Shown here piece by piece: positions 9,598-18,932 of a DNA stretch of 64,000 nt (position 1 is its first letter; every line of letters begins with the position of its first letter). Position numbers and translations under genes: made by a program. The notes under the pieces are model-generated. The model was not told the DNA's origin and searched no databases. It was given only the letters and a program-made list of their open reading frames with translations. The DNA is from Candidatus Stercoripulliclostridium sp. (GTDB lineage: Bacteria > Bacillota > Clostridia > Christensenellales > DTU072), in the NCBI GenBank assembly GCA_045577735.1, contig JAZNIY010000025.1, positions 48,964-112,963 on the forward strand, read 5' to 3'.

Positions 9598-10257
9598 TTA
9601 TCTCTTTTTATAAATTACAAGCTCGGGATTCTCTCCATTTTCTTCATAAGTACACACGAGAAGGAAATCCATGTTTGCAGCAATGCCAAAGCATCTGCCA
9701 CCGAATTCGCTTTCGAGCTGGCTACCGAGATAGGTTTGCTTATCGTCAAGGAATTTTACCTTTTCTCCATTAGGTAGAGTGTATTCCATATTGATAAATT
9801 CACCCGACAGCACGTTTAATTGTTCCACCTTGGGTAATCCTTCGATATGTAAAAGCGTATTAAATTCGTTAATCAGCTGTTGTTTGAATTCTTCGAGTTT
9901 TTCTTTTCCACCAATTTCAGCGTATCGCTTCCAAATATCAAGGGTGTATTCGCCGTCTGCATAGCACCATTTGCAGTATTCTTCGTTGAAATGACCGTCT
10001 TTCTCACGGCTAAGATTACAATCATCAATAGGCATACCACAGCATTCGCAAATAAGCTCTCTCGGAGAACCGAGGAGGGTGTTGATGGACACATCAAACA
10101 ATTTAGAAAGGAGCTTGAGTGTATCTATATTAGGTATCGTTTCGCCCGTTTCCCACCGAGACACAGCCTGTCTTGTCACAAATAGTTTTTCTGCGAGTTC
10201 CTCTTGAGAGAGTCCTTTTTTCGTTCTTAATTCGTAGATTATATCTTTCGTTTCCAC
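9598..10257 (-). CDS. XRE-family HTH regulator with Zn-ribbon and C-terminal sensor-like domain (cargo)
   Basis: LSQEELAEKLFVTRQAVSRWETG; CECCGMP...YCKWC; palindrome AGCAAC-N5-GTTGCT at 10316-10332 is a candidate operator. Confidence 0.8.
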   Translation of the reverse strand: METKDIIYELRTKKGLSQEELAEKLFVTRQAVSRWETGETIPNIDTLKLLSKLFDVSINTLLGSPRELICECCGMPIDDCNLSREKDGHFNEEYCKWCYADGEYTLDIWKRYAEIGGKEKLEEFKQQLINEFNTLLHIEGLPKVEQLNVLSGEFINMEYTLPNGEKVKFLDDKQTYLGSQLESEFGGRCFGIAANMDFLLVCTYEENGENPELVIYKKR

Positions 10258-10428
10258 AAAATCACCACCTTAGTTAGTTGTGATTATATTATACCAATGG
10301 CGATCAGCATTGACAAGCAACTGTCTGTTGCTCTTTGGTTATCAAATACTTATTTATCTCAACTATTAATTAAAAATATACAACATAAGAACACAAAATT
10401 CAATAACCATAACGTGTGCTTTTCTTTT

Positions 10429-10503
10429 TGGTGGAGTAGTGGTAGGCATAATCGAACACTTAAAAACTCGCACTAGTATATCCAATAGAGAAATTGGAAT
10501 TTG
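10429..10503 (-). repeat. Cassette-unit tail, second copy
   Basis: Same 75-bp layout as 9522-9596. Confidence 0.9.
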
Positions 10504-10507
10504 AAAA

Positions 10508-10870
10508 TCATATTGGTGTTCCTACTTCTATTAAATTACCATCCAAATCGTAGAAGCGGATTACTCGTTGTCCCCAACTATGTGTCATAAGATGATTTAC
10601 ATATTCAATTTTTGGGTATAGTCTTTCTAGTTTTTCAATAAAAGATTCGATATCTTGCTCTTCAAAATACAATTCGCAAGAATTGCTTTTTGGAATAATA
10701 TCTTTATTTAAAAACGATCTCCATATTTTCTCATCTTGAAGAACTAAACCATCTGTTAAAATCATATTGCCATCGTTGTCAAGAACTAAGTCTATACCAA
10801 ATAATTTGTGATAGAATTCTCTCGATTTCTCTATATCTTTAACTACAATCAAAATGTTCTTCAGTTTCAT
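10508..10870 (-). CDS. VOC/glyoxalase-bleomycin resistance family protein (cargo)
   Basis: LIVVKDIEKSREFY...WGQRVIRFYDLDGNLIEV; start ATG 10870 with GGAG. Confidence 0.85.
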   Translation of the reverse strand: MKLKNILIVVKDIEKSREFYHKLFGIDLVLDNDGNMILTDGLVLQDEKIWRSFLNKDIIPKSNSCELYFEEQDIESFIEKLERLYPKIEYVNHLMTHSWGQRVIRFYDLDGNLIEVGTPI

Positions 10871-11055
10871 ATTGTATCTCCAAAAAATTCTTATTTGACT
10901 AATAACTTCAAATTTAATATACCACACAAAAATAAAGAAGGCAATAGCCGTAATGTGTGTTGGCTTTGATATAATCGGTGTCGACAAGGGTGACGCGAAA
11001 CACTATCTCAAACTAAGTAATGATAAAATAAGAGTAAAGCGCTTGTAATACTTTT

Positions 11056-11295
11056 TAGTTGGTAAATATACTTGAACGCAATGCGTTCACTTTCGCCAGG
11101 TTTTTGCTTAGCAAAATGCCAAACTTGTTTTGGCTATAATGTGAGCAACGCGAACTATAATTTGAACGAAGTGAGTTACTCGCAAAAACTTGCGCACCCC
11201 GTTTGCTTTGCAAAAGGGGTAAGTGCTCGCCTTGTCTCCACCGCACACAAAAGAAAAAGACGAACTTTAAGTTCGTCTTTTCGTGTGTGGTGGAG
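11056..11295. repeat. Structured non-coding 'head' element, copy 1
   Basis: ~105-bp core near-identical to 13152-13257 and 63351-63457; several hairpins. Confidence 0.9.
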
Positions 11296-11462
11296 TGCCG
11301 ACAAACATAATCGAACACTTATATATGTGAGATTATCGTATCATATATTTACCCAATTCTCAATTTCTATTTTATATCATTTTTTTAAAGAATTAATTTG
11401 GGGAACTATGTCGTGTTTTTTTCGTTTAAATATGAGTGGCGGAGGGCGTAACAAGAAACTAT

Positions 11463-12227
11463 TTATTTTTTGTTTTGTTTTACTAGCTTTTTCCCAATCT
11501 TTTGAAACACTTCTTTTGTTACCTTAACATCCGAAATCATTAGAATTAACACTATAACAATAATACCAAAGGCTGTTAAAGTTATATATTGGGATACACC
11601 AGGTATTATAAAAGGCAAGCCACTCCTATAAAACATATAATCTCCGGTTAATCCAAGAACATGTATATCAATGACTTCACAATTTATAAAATGCAAAAGT
11701 GTGCCGAGGAAGGTCCATCCGAAGTCCTTAATATTCGGCACATATTTTTTACTTGCATACTCAAACACGGGAATAAAGAGTAATCCAGTATGTTGAAGCA
11801 CACTCTTGAGAATAGGAAACACAAAAACAGTATTGCAGAAAATTCCATCTGGCATGGCGAACGTCAATATCCCACCAATAAATCCAAACAAATAAAACAT
11901 TTTTTTCATAATCTTGTTATCAAGCAATGCCGCAATTGGCACTAGGATGCCATTAAGATTACAAGGATACATTGGATATAAATCTATCCATGGGGATTTG
12001 TTGACGGTTATGTATATAATTCGCCAAAAAACCTCAAAAGCAAATTGGAACCCTGCTATGCCAATAAGTATTTTCCTTTTGGTTACGTCAGATATTTTTT
12101 TATTTGCTCCAAGTATTGCACAAATGCTCACACCGACTAAAACGACCACAATCACCACCAAATGCATTGTTTGGTATTCATATGCCCCGGGTGTGCCCAT
12201 ATTGCCATTAAACCAATTTTTGATCAT
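11463..12227 (-). CDS. YwaF/TMEM164-like integral membrane protein (cargo)
   Basis: Multi-TM; LYPMYPCNL, QHTGL, DYMF motifs; AAGGAGG RBS. Confidence 0.65.
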   Translation of the reverse strand: MIKNWFNGNMGTPGAYEYQTMHLVVIVVVLVGVSICAILGANKKISDVTKRKILIGIAGFQFAFEVFWRIIYITVNKSPWIDLYPMYPCNLNGILVPIAALLDNKIMKKMFYLFGFIGGILTFAMPDGIFCNTVFVFPILKSVLQHTGLLFIPVFEYASKKYVPNIKDFGWTFLGTLLHFINCEVIDIHVLGLTGDYMFYRSGLPFIIPGVSQYITLTAFGIIVIVLILMISDVKVTKEVFQKIGKKLVKQNKK

Positions 12228-12574
12228 ATTGATAATCCTCCTTGTCTTTAATGTATCTTAATAAATATAATATCACATTTTTATTGCAAAACAAACAATT
12301 TTATTTTCTAGTATTAAGTTAGAATAATAGTTATTTAGTGTCGATGGAACTTTTAGGAGAGATTTAGACTTAAGGAATATTAAAAATGAGCATTCACATT
12401 TATCGTCTATTTAATAGTATGGATATATTCCTAAATAAGCCAACAAGAATGAGTCCCGATGAAAATGGTTTTTTGTTGCCTTTTGGCATAAGAGCCTAAC
12501 ACACCCCATTCTCATATCAAGAGGCTTTCGTGGCATAAAACGTTGTTGCTACTTTTGAAAAATATCCAATAAAA

Positions 12575-12624
12575 CGAACACTTAAAATACGCACCAATAT
12601 ACCAAATATATAAATTGGAATTTG
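12575..12624 (-). repeat. Cassette-unit tail, diverged copy lacking the CTCCACCA end
   Basis: CGAACACTTAAAATACGCACCAATATACC...AAATTGGAATTTG. Confidence 0.75.
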
Positions 12625-12635
12625 TAATTACGCTA

Positions 12636-12965
12636 TTATTGTTTGTTATTCTTTTCGATCGTAATACTTGATACAATAGCATATATGAGAGTAATGATAA
12701 CAACCGCTACACCCACGAAGGAAATCCAATATGCTTCAAGCAACACAGCGAGAGCGAGCAATAAAAAGACGATTCCAAACAGTAAAAAAACAATAGCCGA
12801 TTGGCGATAATATGGCTTTTTATTCATTTTCTCACGTTCTTGCTTCGATGCATAGATGTAAGCATTGTTAAAAAGAAACCCCTTTTCCATAAAGGATCTG
12901 ATACTCATGAAAAACAAAAAAACGGATACTGCAAAAAGAATACTTGCAATAATAATTTCTTTCAT
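12636..12965 (-). CDS. Small three-TM membrane protein, DUF3784-like (cargo)
   Basis: EKGFLFNNAYIYASKQEREKMNKKPYYRQS loop between TM helices; GAGGTG RBS. Confidence 0.65.
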   Translation of the reverse strand: MKEIIIASILFAVSVFLFFMSIRSFMEKGFLFNNAYIYASKQEREKMNKKPYYRQSAIVFLLFGIVFLLLALAVLLEAYWISFVGVAVVIITLIYAIVSSITIEKNNKQ

Positions 12966-13060
12966 TATCTGTCACCTCTACAAATTCTTATTTATCTATC
13001 AAATCTTTTTTAAATATACCATATAAGAACAAAAAACTCAATAACTATAATATAGGGACG

Positions 13061-13403
13061 GTGGACGATAACGGACCGCGAAAGACTGTCTCGCGTAATG
13101 TGAAATATGTAATTAAGTTTGCAACACGTAATAGTGGCAATTGGTGGAATATACTTGAACGCATCGCGTTCACTTTCGCCAGGTTTTTGCTTAGCAAAAT
13201 GCCAAACTTGTTTTGGCTATAATGTGAGCAACGCGAACTATAATTTGAACGGAGTGAATATAATTCAAATTCGCATTTTTTAGACTCACTTACGCTCGAA
13301 TTATAGTTACTCCGTAACATTATAATCAAATTCTTGCGAATTTGACGCTGTCTCCACCGCACACAAAAGAAAAAGACGAACTCTAAGTTCGTCTTTTCGT
13401 GTG
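13061..13403. repeat. Structured non-coding 'head' element, copy 2, directly abutting the tRNA 3' end copy
   Basis: Shares its left part with 63260-63457 and its terminal hairpin with 11230-11295. Confidence 0.9.
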
Positions 13404-13449
<46 letters not shown>

Positions 13450-13471
13450 ATTTTATAAAATAAAATAATGT

Positions 13472-14512
13472 TTATATAAACTTTGTTTGTACGTATATAT
13501 TGTCTTCTTCGTCATACCAATAGTTTTTGTCGAAGTCGAGCTCTATTGGTCTTTCAACAAACTCAACCGCCTCTTTGTAGTTCTTCATTTCGGTTTCTTG
13601 CCAATACTTGCCTGTGTTCTCCCAGATTTCTAGGAACTCCGATATATTGAAACCGCACGTTGTACATTTAAAGCTTTTAATTAAGTTGTCGCTTTCCTCG
13701 TCCATTTCTTTTTCAACGAGTTTGCTAACTCCGTATAGAACGCCCCAACACGATATCTGACGTCTGTTCTTTAGCCCGTAAAATGCTTGTGCGACACGGT
13801 ACGTTTCCATATCCGGGTTAATCTTGGTTGCGTACTTTACGGTTTCGCAAACGGACCATAGCAATTTATCGCGGTTTTTGCTACCGTCTTTTGCCTTAAT
13901 GGGCTTTATGTTCGGCCAGGCAACTTGTATGTTTTCTCCCATAACGTGCTGTACCGCTTTGGACCAATTTTCCTTTAGGAAGTGTGCGTCCTTGCGGTAC
14001 CCGGTGCGTAGTACTAGCGCGTGTATATGTACGTGCCATTTCCCGGAGTACTTTCCAATCTTACACTCGACTGCTTTTACTCCGCCGGCAAAACGTTCTT
14101 TCCATTCTTTTGGGACTAGTTTATTAGTCATATAACGCCAGGCATCATATATAATCTTCAAAGCATACTCTAGGTCCTCTTGGTCCGGGATAGTGAACGT
14201 TGCAAAGTGTATGTTATTGCCTTTTTCTAACCATTGTTGAAGTAGGGGATAAAGTTTTGCGCACCATATTGCACCTTTAAGAGCAGAGCACGTAGGGCAA
14301 TATTTAGACTTGCAACGTGCGTATCCCTTGAAGAACTTTTCTCCGCACTTTTTGCAACCGATTGCTTTAATCATCATTCCACAGTTTTTGATACGTTCTC
14401 CTTCTTTGGCTAACGTATTGTCTTGGTAGTCTGTTGCTGCTTCTTGGAATTTAGGTAATACTATTCCCATTCCCGCTGCTTTTGTTTTCTTAAACCGTTC
14501 CCAACTAATCAC
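13472..14512 (-). CDS. rep: Rolling-circle replication initiator (HUH, Rep_1/pC194-like)
   Basis: CKSKYCPTC Zn motif, FATFTI motif I, WHVHIHALV motif II, ETVKYATK motif III; GTG start with AAGGAG. Confidence 0.88.
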   Translation of the reverse strand: MISWERFKKTKAAGMGIVLPKFQEAATDYQDNTLAKEGERIKNCGMMIKAIGCKKCGEKFFKGYARCKSKYCPTCSALKGAIWCAKLYPLLQQWLEKGNNIHFATFTIPDQEDLEYALKIIYDAWRYMTNKLVPKEWKERFAGGVKAVECKIGKYSGKWHVHIHALVLRTGYRKDAHFLKENWSKAVQHVMGENIQVAWPNIKPIKAKDGSKNRDKLLWSVCETVKYATKINPDMETYRVAQAFYGLKNRRQISCWGVLYGVSKLVEKEMDEESDNLIKSFKCTTCGFNISEFLEIWENTGKYWQETEMKNYKEAVEFVERPIELDFDKNYWYDEEDNIYVQTKFI

Positions 14513-14609
14513 AACGTACTCCTTTGCGCTTTGCGCGTACGCACGCTTGCGTGCGTGTCATACTAGATACTTAAGAAATATCTGACCGGCCGGAACCAGT
14601 CAAAAATTT

Positions 14610-15656
14610 CTAATTTTTTACCAATTTTTTGCTACTCTTCTCAAACTGCTTTTGGTACATTTCGCGGTCGTTATAGTAGCTATAACAAGCCGGAATAAAA
14701 AAGTACGTTTTCTCTTCTTTATCCGTAGTGTTAATTATCCTAACGTTTTGCGTGGCTTCCGTGTTTGCCTCAATATGGTACTCAATTTTGCGGAAACCAT
14801 ATAGACGCTCTGCTATAAATAGTTTAACCACGTGCAATACCTGGTTTAATTTGTTAAGTATTTCAAGACCATAAGCACGTCCAACGTGGCGTGCTTTCTC
14901 CAAGCGGAAGTTCTGTCCGACTACACGTCGCACAGATATGTCTACGTTGTTGTGGTCCTGTTCTGTTGCTAAAATATATCCGTCCCAAAAGTGTCGGTTT
15001 AGACGGAACGTCTCTTTTACTTTTTCCGGTGTCGTCTTGTAGCCCATCGCCTCGAGCAGCTCGCCAATTTCGTCAACGCAAAGTATCCAACCTTCCGGAA
15101 CGAGTTCTTCTTGTAATAGGTACTTCATAATGCCGGCGTTATCGTACGTGTACGACGTATGCCCTTTGAATGTTATCTTTATGTTGGATATAATAGGGAG
15201 TTTCTTCTCCTTGGATATTTTCAAAGCGTTATCGAATAGGCTAATGACTTGCATAGCCTTGTCTTTGCTTACTTGAGCGCCTTTCTTGAGTTTGGAACGA
15301 TACTTTACTATATCTCCATGACGTTCGTACAGGAATTGTGACATGCGGTATTTGGACCAAAAAACTTTGGTGTGAATAACCGCAAGAACGGTCATTATGA
15401 ACGTCTTACCGGATCCGGGTGGGCCCGATAGAATATTTACCCTCATGGATAATATACCAATACTCATTAGATAACTAATGTTTAGGTAAATTAGGTAACC
15501 AAGACGTACTGCTCCGTACACCCAAACCCATTGTAATACTTTGTTTTCGCTTGACGTAGCAATAATTATTGTTAAAAGTAGTATGCATATGTAGTATATG
15601 TACGTCTTTAACAGTGAGTGTTCGTAGTCAAAGCCGATAGGGGGCCTAGGTTTCAT
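14610..15656 (-). CDS. Zot/pI-like morphogenesis ATPase
   Basis: N-terminal TMs, Walker A GPPGSGKT, Walker B LCVDE, RH and ATEQ motifs typical of Zot/pI. Confidence 0.8.
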   Translation of the reverse strand: MKPRPPIGFDYEHSLLKTYIYYICILLLTIIIATSSENKVLQWVWVYGAVRLGYLIYLNISYLMSIGILSMRVNILSGPPGSGKTFIMTVLAVIHTKVFWSKYRMSQFLYERHGDIVKYRSKLKKGAQVSKDKAMQVISLFDNALKISKEKKLPIISNIKITFKGHTSYTYDNAGIMKYLLQEELVPEGWILCVDEIGELLEAMGYKTTPEKVKETFRLNRHFWDGYILATEQDHNNVDISVRRVVGQNFRLEKARHVGRAYGLEILNKLNQVLHVVKLFIAERLYGFRKIEYHIEANTEATQNVRIINTTDKEEKTYFFIPACYSYYNDREMYQKQFEKSSKKLVKN

Positions 15657-15862
15657 TTGAATATTCTCCTTTTACCACGAACGTTTTGGAACGTGCAAAT
15701 ACGGTAAATAGGACGTAGAAAGAAACCGAACACCATTACGCACGTGCAAAACATTGCCAGGAGACCGACAGCATCTCCGGTCTTCCATAGGTTTATAAAG
15801 TCTAAGTTCTCGCCTAAGCAGAACGTCCAAAATTCTTGGAAATAATATATCAATGGTTCCAT
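15653..15862 (-). CDS. Small single-TM phage protein (minor virion candidate)
   Basis: 69 aa, one TM, basic C-terminus, overlaps the ATPase start. Confidence 0.65.
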   Translation of the reverse strand: MEPLIYYFQEFWTFCLGENLDFINLWKTGDAVGLLAMFCTCVMVFGFFLRPIYRICTFQNVRGKRRIFK

Positions 15863-15871
15863 ATTTCTCCT

Positions 15872-16255
15872 TTATCTAGCGCCACCGGCGCCACCGCCAA
15901 AGCCATCTCCATCATATTCAAAGTCTTTTCCGTTGAAGAATTCGTGGATTTCTTCGAAGAAGTCTACTATTCCGTCGAATAAATCTTGTATGATTTCTCT
16001 ATATCCTTCTGTCAGTTGTTGTACAAATTGAACAAATGGGTTTTTGATAGTATTTTCTAACCATTCTTGTCCTGCTTTTATCAAGTCTGTGTATCGGTTT
16101 ATTTTTTCGTCTACTTCGTCTAGCATGTCATGCCCAATTTCGGCATACACGTGGTCATTTCTATATTCTTCCCACGTTGCATAACCACCGATTGTTATTA
16201 CACCGCATACGAAGAAACAAAATATACATAAAGCAATAATTTTTGTTTTTGTCAT
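15872..16255 (-). CDS. Phage membrane protein
   Basis: N-terminal TM, Gly-rich tail; coupled to upstream gene. Confidence 0.65.
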   Translation of the reverse strand: MTKTKIIALCIFCFFVCGVITIGGYATWEEYRNDHVYAEIGHDMLDEVDEKINRYTDLIKAGQEWLENTIKNPFVQFVQQLTEGYREIIQDLFDGIVDFFEEIHEFFNGKDFEYDGDGFGGGAGGAR

Positions 16256-17358
16256 TTTGAATACACCAACTTAATTATTATTCCTAGTACAATAACTCCA
16301 CCGATTATTCCTAATATCCCCCATAACGATATACCGGCTACTTCAAAGTCGAGTATCTTCATTATGAAATCAGTACTAGCACCTATTCCGGTAGCGGCTA
16401 TTTCGTTGATATTGGCGTCTACGTCAAAGCTACCTTTGTTGTATCCTTCAGCATAACCTTTGTCATAGCCTTCTTCTATACCGTCTTGTTTTCCTGTTTC
16501 GTAATAGTCTTCTTTAGCTGCATCATAACCATTATCGTATCCGTCTATTAATCCTTTTTGATAACCTATAGTTTCTCCTTGTTCCATGCCTTGAGTGTAT
16601 CCGTTTTCGTATCCAGCATCGTAGTTTAGGCCATTCTTTTTATAGAAATCGTATAATGGTTCTGCAGTATAACTTCCTTGTACTATAGGTGTGCCTGCAT
16701 AAACCTTGTAGAAGTTGTCATTGTCTATAGTGGGGGCTGCTGAAGCCCACTCTATATCACTTGTTAAAGTAAATAAATTACTTTGTTTGTAGTTAAGTCT
16801 AGTTATTGGACTAATCTTTAGCTTGAATTTTGTGTTGTCCGCTTGCATGTTGCTTGGGAAAGAGAATTTAATTTTATAATCTTGATTGAATTTATAGGCT
16901 ATATCATCTAGACTGCCACTTGTTGCGTTTCTATAGAAGAATATATGTTTAAAGTCTATTCCGTTTATAGTGTTTTGACTAAAATTAGTAAAGCTTGTAG
17001 ATAAGTTTGGGGCGTAAAGAGATATATTATCTGAGTTTGTGTATTCTTTGTCGGTAAACAATAGTATATCTTCAAATAGTATTAAATCTTCATCGTATAC
17101 TAGTGTAATTTTTACGTTTAACGTGGACTCATCGTATAATGAGTGATGAAAGGTACCTTGTCCCACACTATCTCCTGTACTATATACGAACAATGGCATG
17201 TAGTATAGTTGAATGTATGCGTTTTTGTATGTTATTTCTTCTTCGGCTTTTGCAAGTAACGTAGCACTAGACGGTAACCCGAATATATACGCTACCGTCA
17301 TACATACTAGTAAAATTATTATTAAGGTTATGCTAATAATTTTTGTTGATTTGCTCAT
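16252..17358 (-). CDS. pIII-like adsorption/minor coat protein candidate
   Basis: Signal-like N-terminus, beta-rich domain, G-xxx repeat stalk (YDAGYENGYTQG...), C-terminal TM. Confidence 0.6.
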   Translation of the reverse strand: MSKSTKIISITLIIILLVCMTVAYIFGLPSSATLLAKAEEEITYKNAYIQLYYMPLFVYSTGDSVGQGTFHHSLYDESTLNVKITLVYDEDLILFEDILLFTDKEYTNSDNISLYAPNLSTSFTNFSQNTINGIDFKHIFFYRNATSGSLDDIAYKFNQDYKIKFSFPSNMQADNTKFKLKISPITRLNYKQSNLFTLTSDIEWASAAPTIDNDNFYKVYAGTPIVQGSYTAEPLYDFYKKNGLNYDAGYENGYTQGMEQGETIGYQKGLIDGYDNGYDAAKEDYYETGKQDGIEEGYDKGYAEGYNKGSFDVDANINEIAATGIGASTDFIMKILDFEVAGISLWGILGIIGGVIVLGIIIKLVYSK

Positions 17359-17360
17359 AA

Positions 17361-18110
17361 TTAACCTACTCTTGCTAATAGATATTTAATTATTCCGGTT
17401 GCAATACCTAGACCTATCATTGAAAGGGCTACGATTGCTAAAACACTTAATCCGCCATTGCCATCTGTGACGATGGTTTCAAAAAAGTTAATGATTCCTT
17501 CTCCTATTCCGGTTAAGAACGTAGTAAAACCGCCGGTGACGTTGTTGATTATAGCGCCAGTTCCGAATTTTGCGCTCTTTAAGGTTATACTTTCTATTAT
17601 GAGATTTTCAAGAGTGGCTTCTTCGTTTAATGGCGTCATCATAATTAGGCAATTGTCTACGGAATAATTAGGTTCCGTTTCTAGGTCAGTAAATTGGCCT
17701 TTGTCTACTATTAATAATAGTCCCGTGTTGTTGTCTAATAGTAGTGCATTTTCAGCCATATCCCCTAAAGTTACTGCGCCATCTATTCCTATATTGTTGC
17801 CACTATTTCCTGCGAGTGCAGTGCGCTGTACAGTTGCTGTCTCACCTTTATACGTATAGGTGATTTCATATGTATTTCCTTCCACCAAGTTTAAGGTTGG
17901 AATATTTTGTAATGCAAATTCGCCCGAATTGAGTTGAAGTGTTACGGCTTCATCTAATAGATTCTCCGGAGCTGCGCTTGCGGTGATGTTATTGTTGTTT
18001 ATTATAGTAATGGCAAGGAAAGCCATTGCGATAATAAGTAAGCAACCTAAAATAATGTTACTTACCAAAAGCGCTTTATTTGTATTTTTTATATTTTCGT
18101 GATTTTTCAT
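17361..18110 (-). CDS. Exported domain fused to a coat-protein-like C-terminus
   Basis: Last ~66 aa align by eye with 18171-18371. Confidence 0.65.
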   Translation of the reverse strand: MKNHENIKNTNKALLVSNIILGCLLIIAMAFLAITIINNNNITASAAPENLLDEAVTLQLNSGEFALQNIPTLNLVEGNTYEITYTYKGETATVQRTALAGNSGNNIGIDGAVTLGDMAENALLLDNNTGLLLIVDKGQFTDLETEPNYSVDNCLIMMTPLNEEATLENLIIESITLKSAKFGTGAIINNVTGGFTTFLTGIGEGIINFFETIVTDGNGGLSVLAIVALSMIGLGIATGIIKYLLARVG

Positions 18111-18132
18111 AAATTCTCCATTTTAAGTTGTT

Positions 18133-18156
18133 GAGCCCCGACTTTCGCCGGGGCTT
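18133..18156 (-). terminator. GC-rich GAAA-loop hairpin after the putative major coat gene (stabiliser or partial terminator)
   Basis: GCCCCGGC-GAAA-GTCGGGGC on minus strand; no clear U-tract. Confidence 0.5.
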
Positions 18157-18170
18157 TAGGTTTTATGCGT

Positions 18171-18371
18171 TTATACTCTACGCATAAGTTTTTTAATCAT
18201 CCAAACTGCAAGTCCTAGACCTGTAAAAGTCAAGGCAAAAATACCTAGTGCGGTCATTTGACCTTCGCTGGTTTGTAGTAAAGTTTGGAAGAAATTAACG
18301 ATACCGCTACCAGTGCCTTCAAGAGTTCCTTGGAAACCATTGGTAATAGTGGTGATAATTTCAGTGCCCAT
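18171..18371 (-). CDS. Putative major coat protein
   Basis: 66 aa, amphipathic N-half, one TM, basic KKLMRRV end; very strong RBS AAGGAGGT. Confidence 0.7.
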   Translation of the reverse strand: MGTEIITTITNGFQGTLEGTGSGIVNFFQTLLQTSEGQMTALGIFALTFTGLGLAVWMIKKLMRRV

Positions 18372-18472
18372 TGACGTACCTCCTTATATATTAACGATTG
18401 GTAGGGGGTTTTTAATTCAACGTCGTTTAGGTTGAATGGCGGCACCCCACGTAAACCACTTTTTGGAACGGA

Positions 18473-18715
18473 CTATTTTTTACACTCACGTATCATTGTC
18501 TTGTAATCCTGGCATAGTTTAGTAAAATCTGCCATTATGTTCTGCAAGTCATTGCACGTGGAATGTATAAACTGTTTTTTCTCTTGGCTAACTACGATAC
18601 CGTATTTTACTTTGCCAAAGAACGTCGGCTTTGCAGCTCTAATTGTAAGAACGCTTTTGCCTATTGCTATTTCCTCTGATACGAGTTGACCTTTATATAT
18701 CTTTTTTGGGTTCAT
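18473..18715 (-). CDS. Phage hypothetical protein
   Basis: 80-aa ORF overlapping upstream gene, same orientation. Confidence 0.55.
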   Translation of the reverse strand: MNPKKIYKGQLVSEEIAIGKSVLTIRAAKPTFFGKVKYGIVVSQEKKQFIHSTCNDLQNIMADFTKLCQDYKTMIRECKK

Positions 18716-18902
18716 AATCTTTTAGTTTTCTTTTAATTTCTTGTATGCTTTTTTCGTGTTGTTCTAGATTACTTTGTATCTTTTTTATATTATCTTTAGC
18801 ACTAATCATATCATCTGTTAAAAACATTATTTTTATAGCAATTTTTGTTTCAAGGTCGCCTTTATCGTAAGCTTCTTTTATTAGTTTTAATATGTCTAAC
18901 AT
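18693..18902 (-). CDS. Phage hypothetical coiled-coil protein
   Basis: GGGAG RBS fits ATG 18902 (track start 18920). Confidence 0.5.
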   Translation of the reverse strand: MLDILKLIKEAYDKGDLETKIAIKIMFLTDDMISAKDNIKKIQSNLEQHEKSIQEIKRKLKDYEPKKDI

Positions 18903-18932
18903 TTCATTTTCTCCCATCAAAAAAAGGCAAAG

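Larger units (their letters stand above)
9522..13403 (-). mobile_element. Tandem array of tRNA-3'-anchored gene-carrying units with no recombinase in cis
   Basis: Repeated head/promoter/12-bp site/tail architecture with CTCCACCA junctions at 9522, 10429, 11288 and 13404. Confidence 0.7.

Noticed and set aside
11055-11318. Similar ORFs in the three head copies (11055-11318, 13045-13362, 63176-63496) sharing LRSN(Y/F)SSRCSHYSQNKFGILLSKNLAKVNA
   Set aside because: Starts and ends differ, there is no RBS, and indels shift frames; they are by-products of the non-coding repeat
9522-11319. GTTCG...CTCCACCA motifs as additional tRNA genes
   Set aside because: No cloverleaf, and spacing is 16 nt rather than 11; treated as att-like junctions
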